Virus record (IMG/VR): IMGVR_UViG_3300044856_000082
Location: 1-16,092 of that record
From: a virus
Direction: 5' to 3' (one strand)
DNA: 16,092 nucleotides
Position 1 is the first letter of the stretch. Every line of letters starts with the position of its first letter. The position numbers and the translations under genes are program-made. Below, one piece after another: positions 5,206-12,970 of the stretch. Under the pieces are notes generated by a model, which was not told where the DNA came from, made no database searches, and worked only from the letters and a program-made list of their open reading frames with translations.

Positions 5206-6345
5206 ATGATTTTTTGGAACGATATTAAATGGGAAAAACTTTTCGCGGATTATCATGTAAAATTTGAAGGGGTAGATGATAAAGGAAATCCAATTCAGTA
5301 TTACAATCCAATCCGGTTGTTTTCCGAGCCAGACTTGGACGGTGATTTCGCTGGCGTGGCAATTACATGTTCCAACCGTAGCGCCGGAAAGACAAGTGCT
5401 TTTGCCGCGGCAAGCTGTATCTTGTGTAAAGAGTATGGCTTGCAGACAGGATGGATTTTCCGAACGAAAGGGGAGATGACGGGAGCGGCGGCAATGTACG
5501 AAGATATGCTAAGAATGTATCCTAAATTAGGAAGTGTGATTACCTATAAAAATCTGGACAAAAACGGAAATGTTGTGCGGTATTTTTTGGACGGTGTGCC
5601 ATTCGGATGCGCGTTTAGTTTTGGAAGTAAGATGGATAGTGTAAAAAAGCTGTCGCCGTATTTTCGGGATATCTACTTTTTGTTTTTTGATGAGTTTTCT
5701 ATGGAAAGTGGACAATACGTAAAAGGTGAATCTGAAAAACTGCAATCGTTATTATTGACGATCAGCCGTGGAAATGGAAGTCAGTCAAGATGGTTTAAAC
5801 TGATTATGGCATCCAATAATATTTCGTTGCTCAATCCCTATTTTGTATTTTTTGGTATACACAAGCGGTATCAGAAAGAAACCAAAATGATGCACGGAAG
5901 TGGTTTTGTATGTGAATTTACCCACAATGACAGCGCAAGTAAGGCGATGTGGGAAAACACCGCTTTGAAAGCTTTCCGCTGCGGTCACTATATGCAAAGC
6001 ATGAGCGTAGGCGATCAGATGTTGATTGATGATGCTGTATTTGTTCAGAAGCCGACCGGACGGTCGCGGTATCTGTTTACCATCGAACACAGCGGAAAAA
6101 GCTATGGAGTGTATGAATATTATGAAGAGGGGTTCATCTATATCACGCACAACTATAACCCGTCTTGTAATTTTGTCGCGGTATTTCGGGACGGGGATCA
6201 CACGCAAAACACGGTTATGTTGGAACACTACGATTATTTATTCGAAAATCTGGTTGACGCGTACCGGAAAGCCTATTTGCGATTTGACGATCTCGACAGC
6301 AAAAATATGGCGGTTGAGTTGCTGGGGATTGACCTTTATAAATAG
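5206..6345 (+). CDS. DNA encapsidation (packaging) ATPase, phi29 gp16-like
   Basis: Walker A is CSNRSAGKTS. Walker B and its surroundings read FLFFDEFSME...LIMASNNISLLNPYFVFFG (phi29 IVFDEFIRE...CLSNAVSVVNPYFLFFN). The C-terminal AYRKAYLRFDDL...AVELLG matches phi29 AFMNGYLRFDNQ...AYELF. Confidence 0.92.
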   Translation: MIFWNDIKWEKLFADYHVKFEGVDDKGNPIQYYNPIRLFSEPDLDGDFAGVAITCSNRSAGKTSAFAAASCILCKEYGLQTGWIFRTKGEMTGAAAMYEDMLRMYPKLGSVITYKNLDKNGNVVRYFLDGVPFGCAFSFGSKMDSVKKLSPYFRDIYFLFFDEFSMESGQYVKGESEKLQSLLLTISRGNGSQSRWFKLIMASNNISLLNPYFVFFGIHKRYQKETKMMHGSGFVCEFTHNDSASKAMWENTALKAFRCGHYMQSMSVGDQMLIDDAVFVQKPTGRSRYLFTIEHSGKSYGVYEYYEEGFIYITHNYNPSCNFVAVFRDGDHTQNTVMLEHYDYLFENLVDAYRKAYLRFDDLDSKNMAVELLGIDLYK

Positions 6346-6367
6346 TTGTGCGGAACGGACAAAGTAC

Positions 6368-6396
6368 TTGACAGACGGACAGAAAAGAAGTAACAT
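6368..6396 (+). promoter_or_regulatory. Promoter P4 for the lysis and structural (late) gene block
   Basis: TTGACA (6368-6373), a 17-nt spacer, then TAACAT (6391-6396). It lies in the 165-nt gap after the ATPase gene. Confidence 0.7.
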
Positions 6397-6402
6397 GAAA
6401 AT

Positions 6403-6510
6403 ACGGGGAAACCTTTTAAAAGGGGTTGCCACGGTTGAGTAAACCGCCCTGTCCTTGGCAGGTCAAAAGGTTTCCTTGTTTCCAATGGACAGGAAGAAAG
6501 GAGCAAAGAG
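6403..6510 (+). promoter_or_regulatory. Structured leader of about 105 nt for the late operon
   Basis: A 12-bp perfect palindrome CCTTTTAAAAGG lies at 6412-6423. CCTGTCCTTGG (6448-6458) pairs with CCAATGGACAGG (6482-6493), giving 11 bp with one bulged T. That stem encloses a small AAGG/CCTT hairpin and ends 3 nt before the SD AAAGGAG (6497-6503). Confidence 0.45.
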
Positions 6511-6801
6511 ATGGCAAGTATCGTTTTTAATATGATTGTAGGAATGATGAAAAAAGAAAATGCTTATCTTGCTTATACGGTCCGCTATAAAGGGGACGAA
6601 AAAGACACGTTGATCATTGTCCCGCATGAAAATTACGAGTCTCACATCCGGTATTTGTGGGATTTCTTTTTTATGGATGGCAACGCGTACAACAGTAAAT
6701 CGCCAGTCCGCTTCATTCATAATTTTATTATGTGTGATAAATTAAGTGAAATTGATGACTGGTTAAAATGGCAGGATAAGGAGGTGGACGGATGGATGTG
6801 A
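6511..6801 (+). CDS. Hypothetical protein (96 aa), first gene of the late block
   Basis: Good SD AAAGGAG lies 7 nt upstream. The stop overlaps the next gene. I recognise no family. Confidence 0.6.
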   Translation: MASIVFNMIVGMMKKENAYLAYTVRYKGDEKDTLIIVPHENYESHIRYLWDFFFMDGNAYNSKSPVRFIHNFIMCDKLSEIDDWLKWQDKEVDGWM

Positions 6802-7019
6802 CAGTAGTCCAGTCAATCACGCAGATGGTTGGAACACTCGGTTTCCCGATTGTATGTTGTGGCGCACTTTTTTGGGATCGAATCAAAGCAGAAGAACGCC
6901 GAGCAAAAGAAGCGGAATTACATCGGCAGGAAGTAGCAGAATTGCAGAAAGCAATCGAATCAAATACACTTGCTATTACCGCTTTATGCCAGCATTTAGG
7001 AGGTGGAAAGAATGAGTAA
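6792..7019 (+). CDS. Putative holin (YvrJ / BhlA-UviB-like single-pass membrane protein)
   Basis: SD AAGGAGG lies 7 nt upstream. The N-terminal hydrophobic segment MVGTLGFPIVCCGALFW is followed by a charged coiled-coil tail (RIKAEERRAKEAELHRQEVAELQKAIE). The G-x-x-GFPIV pattern matches my memory of YvrJ-family proteins. The gene lies directly upstream of, and overlaps, the endolysin gene. Confidence 0.55.
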   Translation: MDVTVVQSITQMVGTLGFPIVCCGALFWDRIKAEERRAKEAELHRQEVAELQKAIESNTLAITALCQHLGGGKNE

Positions 7020-7707
7020 AATCGAAAACGCAGTTGCATGGGCGGAACAAATCGCCGCCGATGATCGGCATGGGTACTCACAGGTACACCGGAACAGTCC
7101 CGATTATGATTGTTCGTCATTTGTCGGAACTGCACTTGCAAATGCTGGTTTTCCGATCAGCATTTACAGCACAACTAGAAATCTCGGTGAACAGTTGGAA
7201 AACGCTGGTTTTGTGAAATGCGGTAAACCGTGGAGACGCGGGGATATCCACCTTGCCGCTGGTCATCATGTCACGATGTCGGTTGACGCGAACCGCCTCG
7301 TCCACGCCAGCCAGTCGGAAAACGGCGGGATTGATGGTCAGACGGGCGATCAGACTGGAAAAGAAATCTGTGTCCGGTCTTATTACGATCTTCCGTATGA
7401 AAATACCGTTCATTATCGGTATGCAGGAGCCGTCGACGAAAAGCCGCATAACGTCATTGAAAGTTGCGTCAAGACAGAATCTGCACGTAGTTTTGACCGA
7501 AGAATCGCCGGAGCGTATCATACTAATGATCGCTATCATCTGCGCGTTGGCGCAGGAATGGATAAAACTGTCATTTTGACGTTGCCAACCGGAACAAGTG
7601 TTAGAAACTACGGGTATTATACCGGAGAATGGTATCTGGTGAAAGCCATAGTAAATGGCATCGTCTATACTGGTTACGTAGCTAAAGAGGGTTTAACCCG
7701 TGGCTGA
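7012..7707 (+). CDS. Endolysin: Amidase_5 (Dp-1 Pal-like, NlpC/P60-CHAP superfamily) catalytic domain plus a C-terminal SH3b-like domain
   Basis: The N-terminus reads AVAWAEQ...GYSQVHRNSPDYDCSSFV...PWRRGDIHLAAGHHV. The Pal amidase reads GVAWMQ...YSMDFRDGPDSYDCSS...PWDAKRGDIF...GHTG. The C-terminal YHLRVGAG...GEWYLVKAIVNGIVYTGYV looks like SH3b. I place the start at ATG 7012 (AGGAGG at 6998-7003, 8-nt spacing) instead of the track's GTG at 7003. Confidence 0.8.
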   Translation: MSKIENAVAWAEQIAADDRHGYSQVHRNSPDYDCSSFVGTALANAGFPISIYSTTRNLGEQLENAGFVKCGKPWRRGDIHLAAGHHVTMSVDANRLVHASQSENGGIDGQTGDQTGKEICVRSYYDLPYENTVHYRYAGAVDEKPHNVIESCVKTESARSFDRRIAGAYHTNDRYHLRVGAGMDKTVILTLPTGTSVRNYGYYTGEWYLVKAIVNGIVYTGYVAKEGLTRG

Positions 7708-8752
7708 TCTGACGCTTGCTTACAATACCTGTATCGAGATTTGTAATAATCCAAACGTTGGATATTCCCAAACGTATCGTGAGGGGCAGACCGTAGGAGG
7801 TATTACCTACTATGATTGTTCGTCCCTAATGAGTTATTGTTGTACGGTCGGCGGTTTTCTAGCAAGCAATCCATGGTTTACCACTCGGAGCATGGACGGG
7901 TATCTGCTCGGTGCAGGATTTCAAAAAGGTACCGCCAATCAGCCATGGAAGAAAGGTGATATCTTGTGGCGTTCCGGTCATACAGAAATGGTGTATGAAC
8001 CGGCAGACGGCGGCGGGTATACGATGGGAGCGCACACCGATAGTTACCCGCTCGAAAGACAGGTATCCATCAATACGTTTGTGCACCCATATCGTGCTTG
8101 GACGTATCTGTACCGCTATCCGGTTGCGGTACAAAGCGGTATCAGCCAGTATGTGATTTCCGCCATCTGCGGCAATTTTTGGCAGGAATCCACCGTAAAT
8201 CCTGGATTATGGGAGGGAACGATTGTAGGAGCACCCGGTTATGGTTTGGGACAGTGGACAGATAATTCAGCTACCGACCGCCGGACGCGGTTGTTCCAAT
8301 GGTTAGATTCCAACGGGTACAGCCGGGACGATGGAAACGCACAGTTAGAATATCTGCTATACGAGAATGTATGGTATTCGGTAGGCGCGGCAAGTACTTA
8401 CGAAAATCTGCAAGCGTTTTTACACAGTGACCATACCGATCTGGACGCACTAACCGCCGCCTATATGAAAGGATGGGAGGGAATTAGCGACGATGGAACA
8501 CTTAGCTTACGGCAGGAAAAAGCGCATGCATGCTTTACCTATATTTCCGAACACGCGAAAGATACTGCAATTACCGGATGGATAGCTGGGAATCGCTATC
8601 TATCCGATTCCGAACGTTTGAACAACGCGGTAATGGTATTTCGGTATCTGTCTACTGGACAACCCGAGCCGCCAGAGCCGCCGCATCCAACGAAACCAAA
8701 ACGGCATAAAATGCCGATCTGGTTATATCCCAATTTAAGAAGGAGGTTTTAA
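7700..8752 (+). CDS. Virion-associated peptidoglycan hydrolase: second Amidase_5-like domain plus a phage tail-tip lysozyme-like domain (functional analogue of phi29 gp13)
   Basis: The N-terminal GYSQTYRE...YYDCSSLM...PWKKGDILWRSGHTEMV is paralogous to the preceding gene. The central AICGNFWQESTVNPG...GYGLGQWT...R matches the phage tail lysozyme motif as I remember it. The tail is proline-rich and basic (PEPPEPPHPTKPKRHK). The start is a GTG with AAAGAGGG upstream, so the exact start is uncertain. Confidence 0.75.
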   Translation: MADLTLAYNTCIEICNNPNVGYSQTYREGQTVGGITYYDCSSLMSYCCTVGGFLASNPWFTTRSMDGYLLGAGFQKGTANQPWKKGDILWRSGHTEMVYEPADGGGYTMGAHTDSYPLERQVSINTFVHPYRAWTYLYRYPVAVQSGISQYVISAICGNFWQESTVNPGLWEGTIVGAPGYGLGQWTDNSATDRRTRLFQWLDSNGYSRDDGNAQLEYLLYENVWYSVGAASTYENLQAFLHSDHTDLDALTAAYMKGWEGISDDGTLSLRQEKAHACFTYISEHAKDTAITGWIAGNRYLSDSERLNNAVMVFRYLSTGQPEPPEPPHPTKPKRHKMPIWLYPNLRRRF

Positions 8753-8753
8753 T

Positions 8754-9101
8754 ATGACACTTGAAGAGTATTGGACAGAAATTGTAGCCGACATTGGAAA
8801 CATCGAAACACACGGTGATGCTATCGCCGCCATCAGCGAAAAAATCAAAACAGAAGATACCGACATTGGAGCACTGATGTCTGAGCGTGACGCACTGGTT
8901 GCGGAACGGGACGAACTGAAAGGAAAGTATGATGATGCAGTTGCCGAAATCAAAAGCCGATGGTCTGATCTTTCTCACGGAGGAAGTGTCACAAAAGTAA
9001 CAGAGTTTGGAGCAAAAAACGCGCCTACCCCGCCCGACACAGCATATAGTGTTGATGATCTTGATATGTCTCAGCTTATTTTAAGCGGAAAAGGAGAGTG
9101 A
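8754..9101 (+). CDS. Putative scaffolding protein (phi29 gp7-like by position and composition)
   Basis: A 115-aa acidic protein rich in coiled-coil sequence (ALMSERDALVAERDELKGKYDDAVAEIK). It lies immediately upstream of the capsid gene and has a strong AGGAGG SD. Confidence 0.6.
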   Translation: MTLEEYWTEIVADIGNIETHGDAIAAISEKIKTEDTDIGALMSERDALVAERDELKGKYDDAVAEIKSRWSDLSHGGSVTKVTEFGAKNAPTPPDTAYSVDDLDMSQLILSGKGE

Positions 9102-9105
9102 AACA

Positions 9106-10416
9106 ATGGCAGAAAAACTTGATATGACCAATATTAATATGCTGAACGCCGTGCGTCCGACCATGAGTGTTGTCTATCGTGACAGAGTACCAGTTGCAAC
9201 GAAAGATAATATTGCCGATATTGCGAAAACATTAACCGACCCTTACAATCCGATGGCAAGAAACGAACTAGTTCCTGCGCTGGTGAATCTGATTGCCAGT
9301 CAGTCGATCAGCACGGAAGCGTTTAGAAATCCTCTGCGTGTGCTGAACAGTAACGCCATGCCGTACGGAAACGGAGAACAGGAAGTTTACGTAAACTTTG
9401 CACAGGGTTATGCGCACGATGCGAATATCAGCATCGAAGATGCGACCGCCATTTATGACAGCTATATCATGGCACTGTACCATGTAATCAATTTCAACAA
9501 CGACTATCCGGTTACCATCTGGTTTGAAGATATGCGCGGCGCGTTTCTAGATGAATACGGACTTCGAAGTCTGGTACAGGCAAAAGTGGAGAGCGTTGTT
9601 TCCGCTTGCAACTGGGATGAGTTCACAACCGCGAAAGAACTGATTGCATCTGCAAAACGTGCGGGACAGATTTACCCGGTTCATGTTGACCCGGTGACAG
9701 ATCCGGCATCCGCGAACGCACTGGCAAAGCAAATTCAGTCCTATATTGACAAAATTCAGTTCCCGAACCCGCTGTACAATTTCGCAGGCGCGACCTCTGC
9801 CGCAAAAGAAGATACCATTCTTCTGTTTGTCGACCCGGACACAAAAGCGGCAATGAACGTTGACAGTTATGCCAGCGCTTACAATCTCGACCGCATGATT
9901 CCGAAAGCACAGCAGGTGTTAATCGACAACTTTAACGATGCAGAGGGTATTGTGGCGGTTCTGGTTGACAAGCGGTTCTTCAAAATCCGTGAACAGTACC
10001 GTATGATGGTACAAGATAATGTAAACCGGGGTCTGAGATGGAACAGCACGTACGCGGTAAAAGAGATGTTCTCATACTCTCTGTTTTATCCGGTCATCGT
10101 GTTCACGACCGAAACGGTTCTTGTTTCTTCCATTAATGCAAGTGACGTTGGACTGGTGAAAGCCGGAACAGATGTTGACTTCGGAGGAAGTTTTTCGGTT
10201 ACTTCTACTGGCGTAGCCGATAAAGCGATTGACGTAAAAGTAGTAGGTAACTCTTCCACTGATACGTTTGTTATTCCGGGAACAACCATTCTTAGAATCG
10301 CAAAAGATGAGAAGAATCTGAAACCGACAGAAAACAAAACAAAAAGTGTGTGTGTTGTGATTACAAGCCGATTCGACTCTTCCAAAACGGCAACGATTTA
10401 CTTTACGACCGATTAA
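9106..10416 (+). CDS. Major capsid protein (phi29 gp8-like) with a C-terminal Ig-like domain
   Basis: [27 protein letters not shown] matches phi29 [39 protein letters not shown]...NRGLRWN matches phi29 GLEAVLVDKDWF...PRGLYWN. The last approximately 100 aa are beta-rich and Ig-like, like the gp8 BIG2 domain. Confidence 0.9.
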   Translation: [436 protein letters not shown]

Positions 10417-10432
10417 GTAAGAGGGTGGAAAC

Positions 10433-11998
10433 ATGGATAATTTCATTCCGATGCCGCAGCAGACCGATGTGGAGGCAGTTTCCCCGCAGACCACGGTTAT
10501 TTTAGCAAGCGGGATTGAATGGGGAAACGATTATGAACACGTAAGATACTACGAAAACGGAAAAACAGGTTGTCTGGCACACGTAAGAGAAAAAGCAATC
10601 CATATTTTCCAGCAGTCCGCGCCCGTGAGATGGGGAGAATTGACGTATAAGGGAAAAGGAAATGAGAGTGAGTTTTTGAAATGCAATTACATTGCGTTTC
10701 AAAACAAGCCGTATACGGAAGAGTGGTATTTCGGCTTTGTGACGCGCGTAGAATGGTTGAGTGACGGAAGTTTCAAGATTTATTTCGAACCCGATCGGTT
10801 TCAAAATAGTTTTTATGATGTCGTGTTACAGCCGTGCTACGTAGAGCGCGAACATATTGCAAAAGCAGAGGATGCAGTAGGAGCGAATCTTGTACCAGAA
10901 AATCTGGAAACTGGGGAATACATTGTAAATAGTTCCGCTGGTATGGGTTTCGGAATGATGAACTATTGTCTTGTTGCCAGTGCAGACAAAAACGGCGTCG
11001 CTTTGGAACCAGAATTAAATCAGAAAATCATGTCCGGTTTGACTTATTTTAACACAACTGATTTTTCCGCTATGAAACAAAAAATACAGGATTATGCAAC
11101 AAGCGGAAATGCTGATGCTATTGTAGCTATTTTTCAAGCGCCGCAGTTGTGTTTCGAAAATTCCCCTAAGGAATTTCCAATGCTTTTTCCAAAAACACTG
11201 GCAGGATATACACCAAAAAATAAAAAATTATTCCAGTATCCTTTTTCGTATCTGCTAGTAGATGCACATGACGGTAGTCAATATATGTATCGTCTTGAAT
11301 ACTTTAAAGATCAAAAAATTTCTTTTTATGGACAGGGAGTAAAGTTAAACATTCCGTCTATTTATATCAGTCCGAAAAATTACAAAAACGAACCTACTAC
11401 TAACACACCGTATGGTTTCGTGTACAGTAATTTCCCGTCATGCGCGTGGACTAATGACGCTTATCAAGCGTGGCTTGCGCAGTCACAGCCTATCTGGGAC
11501 TACCAGACAAAACAGCAGTATATCGATACCGGAAAAAGTGTTATCTCAACCATTGCAAATGTCTTGAGTGGTAATTTTGGAAAAGCAGTTGAAAGCAGTA
11601 TCGGGCAGACTGTAAGCAATTTTATGTTTGGCGAAAATATTTCGGCGCAGATGGAACAGCACGATTTAATTCCGCCAACCGCAAAGGGAAGTGCTACAGG
11701 AAGTTATATTCAGACAGCGCTTTTTAGCAATACCATTGCACTAAAGACGATGTGTGTAACGCCGGAAATGGCGAAAGTAATTGACGATTATTTCACTATG
11801 TATGGTTATGCGACGCATAGAATCAAAGTGCCGAATATCACCGGGCGCGCAAACTGGAATTTTGTAAAAACGGTAAATTGCGGATTGCATGGCGCGTGCG
11901 TTACCGATGATATCAATTTTTTGCAGGCTATGTTTAATCGCGGCGTTACGTTCTGGCATACGGACGATGTTGGAAACTATGGTCTTTCCAATGATTAA
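10433..11998 (+). CDS. Tail knob / distal tube protein (phi29 gp9-like)
   Basis: YIAFQNKPYTEEWYFGFVTRVEW...YVEREHI matches phi29 YIMFQNADYGNKWFYAFVTELEF...IVREHV. The C-terminal YGYATHRIKVPNITGRANWNFVKT...GVTFWHTDDVGNY matches phi29 [24 protein letters not shown]...GITLWHTDNIGNY. Confidence 0.92.
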   Translation: MDNFIPMPQQTDVEAVSPQTTVILASGIEWGNDYEHVRYYENGKTGCLAHVREKAIHIFQQSAPVRWGELTYKGKGNESEFLKCNYIAFQNKPYTEEWYFGFVTRVEWLSDGSFKIYFEPDRFQNSFYDVVLQPCYVEREHIAKAEDAVGANLVPENLETGEYIVNSSAGMGFGMMNYCLVASADKNGVALEPELNQKIMSGLTYFNTTDFSAMKQKIQDYATSGNADAIVAIFQAPQLCFENSPKEFPMLFPKTLAGYTPKNKKLFQYPFSYLLVDAHDGSQYMYRLEYFKDQKISFYGQGVKLNIPSIYISPKNYKNEPTTNTPYGFVYSNFPSCAWTNDAYQAWLAQSQPIWDYQTKQQYIDTGKSVISTIANVLSGNFGKAVESSIGQTVSNFMFGENISAQMEQHDLIPPTAKGSATGSYIQTALFSNTIALKTMCVTPEMAKVIDDYFTMYGYATHRIKVPNITGRANWNFVKTVNCGLHGACVTDDINFLQAMFNRGVTFWHTDDVGNYGLSND

Positions 11999-12010
11999 GG
12001 AGGTGATAAT

Positions 12011-12970
12011 ATGTATGCTAACCCGTATCGGGTGAGTAACAAGGAAGTGTGGGGACACTGGGAAAACAATCCGAATACGTCACCGGAAGAAAAAATGTAT
12101 TTCCGGCACTTCTTTGACAAGTTTGTAAATCTGGCGTTATCTCGTTATGAGTATGACGGTTTACCGGATGAGATTCCGCCACGGATGATCAACTCTTATC
12201 TGTTATGGCAAGGAATGTGCCTGTTTAAAAAAGAGCCAATCACCGGACTTTTCGGCGTTTTTGGTGTTAATCTGGTAGGTGAGCCGGATATTTACGGTAT
12301 TCCTACTGATTGGATTGCGTATGCCATGAATGGACAGTATTATGAACAGACAGATAAGGAAGAAAGCGCACTGATTTTCGCCAGACCTTTTGCCGTGCCG
12401 GAAATTCTAAGCATTTTTCTGCATTCGCAGAGTCTTGCGGAGAAAAAAGCGTCAACAAGGGTAAACGTCATTCAGCAAAGGACGCCTGTAGTAATCAGTG
12501 GAGATTCTACACAGAAACTAAGTATTGACAATTTTATTCAAAAATGGGTAAAAAATATTCCGTTCATCAAAGCGAAAAACGATCTGCGAAAACAGATTCA
12601 AATTGATACCATTGACTTAAAAGTACAGCCGATTTTTAACGAACTTGACACCGCCGCACAGAGAGAAGTAGCAGAATGTCTGGCTGATCTCGGAATCGAA
12701 GCAAGTGGAGTTGAAAAACCGGAACGGCTGGTTTCCGCAGAAACGAGTTACAACGACGGAGAGATTGAGTTGACAAGAAACGGAAATCTGGCAACCATTC
12801 AGAGAGGACTTGACGCGATCAATGAAATGTATGGTTTGAATATCCATGTACGTTTTAACTCTAAAATGGTAACGCCGATTAACCGACCTGATGTATTTGA
12901 CACGACACATAACGAAAACGACACACCGGAAAACCACGAACAGAACACTACAGAAAGTGAGGTGGAATAA
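12011..12970 (+). CDS. Head-tail connector / portal (upper collar, phi29 gp10-like)
   Basis: ERLVSAETSYNDGEIE...AINEMYGLNIHVRFN matches phi29 ERMVTDEVSSNDEQIE...KINELYGLNVKVKFR. The size (319 aa versus 309) and the position after the knob gene also fit. Confidence 0.92.
   Translation: MYANPYRVSNKEVWGHWENNPNTSPEEKMYFRHFFDKFVNLALSRYEYDGLPDEIPPRMINSYLLWQGMCLFKKEPITGLFGVFGVNLVGEPDIYGIPTDWIAYAMNGQYYEQTDKEESALIFARPFAVPEILSIFLHSQSLAEKKASTRVNVIQQRTPVVISGDSTQKLSIDNFIQKWVKNIPFIKAKNDLRKQIQIDTIDLKVQPIFNELDTAAQREVAECLADLGIEASGVEKPERLVSAETSYNDGEIELTRNGNLATIQRGLDAINEMYGLNIHVRFNSKMVTPINRPDVFDTTHNENDTPENHEQNTTESEVE

Noticed and set aside
7003-7011. GTG at 7003 as the endolysin start, as in the ORF track
   Set aside because: That GTG lies inside the AGGAGG SD (6998-7003). 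ATG 7012 is in frame with an 8-nt spacing from the SD, and it yields MSKIENAVAW, matching the N-terminus of Pal-type amidases.
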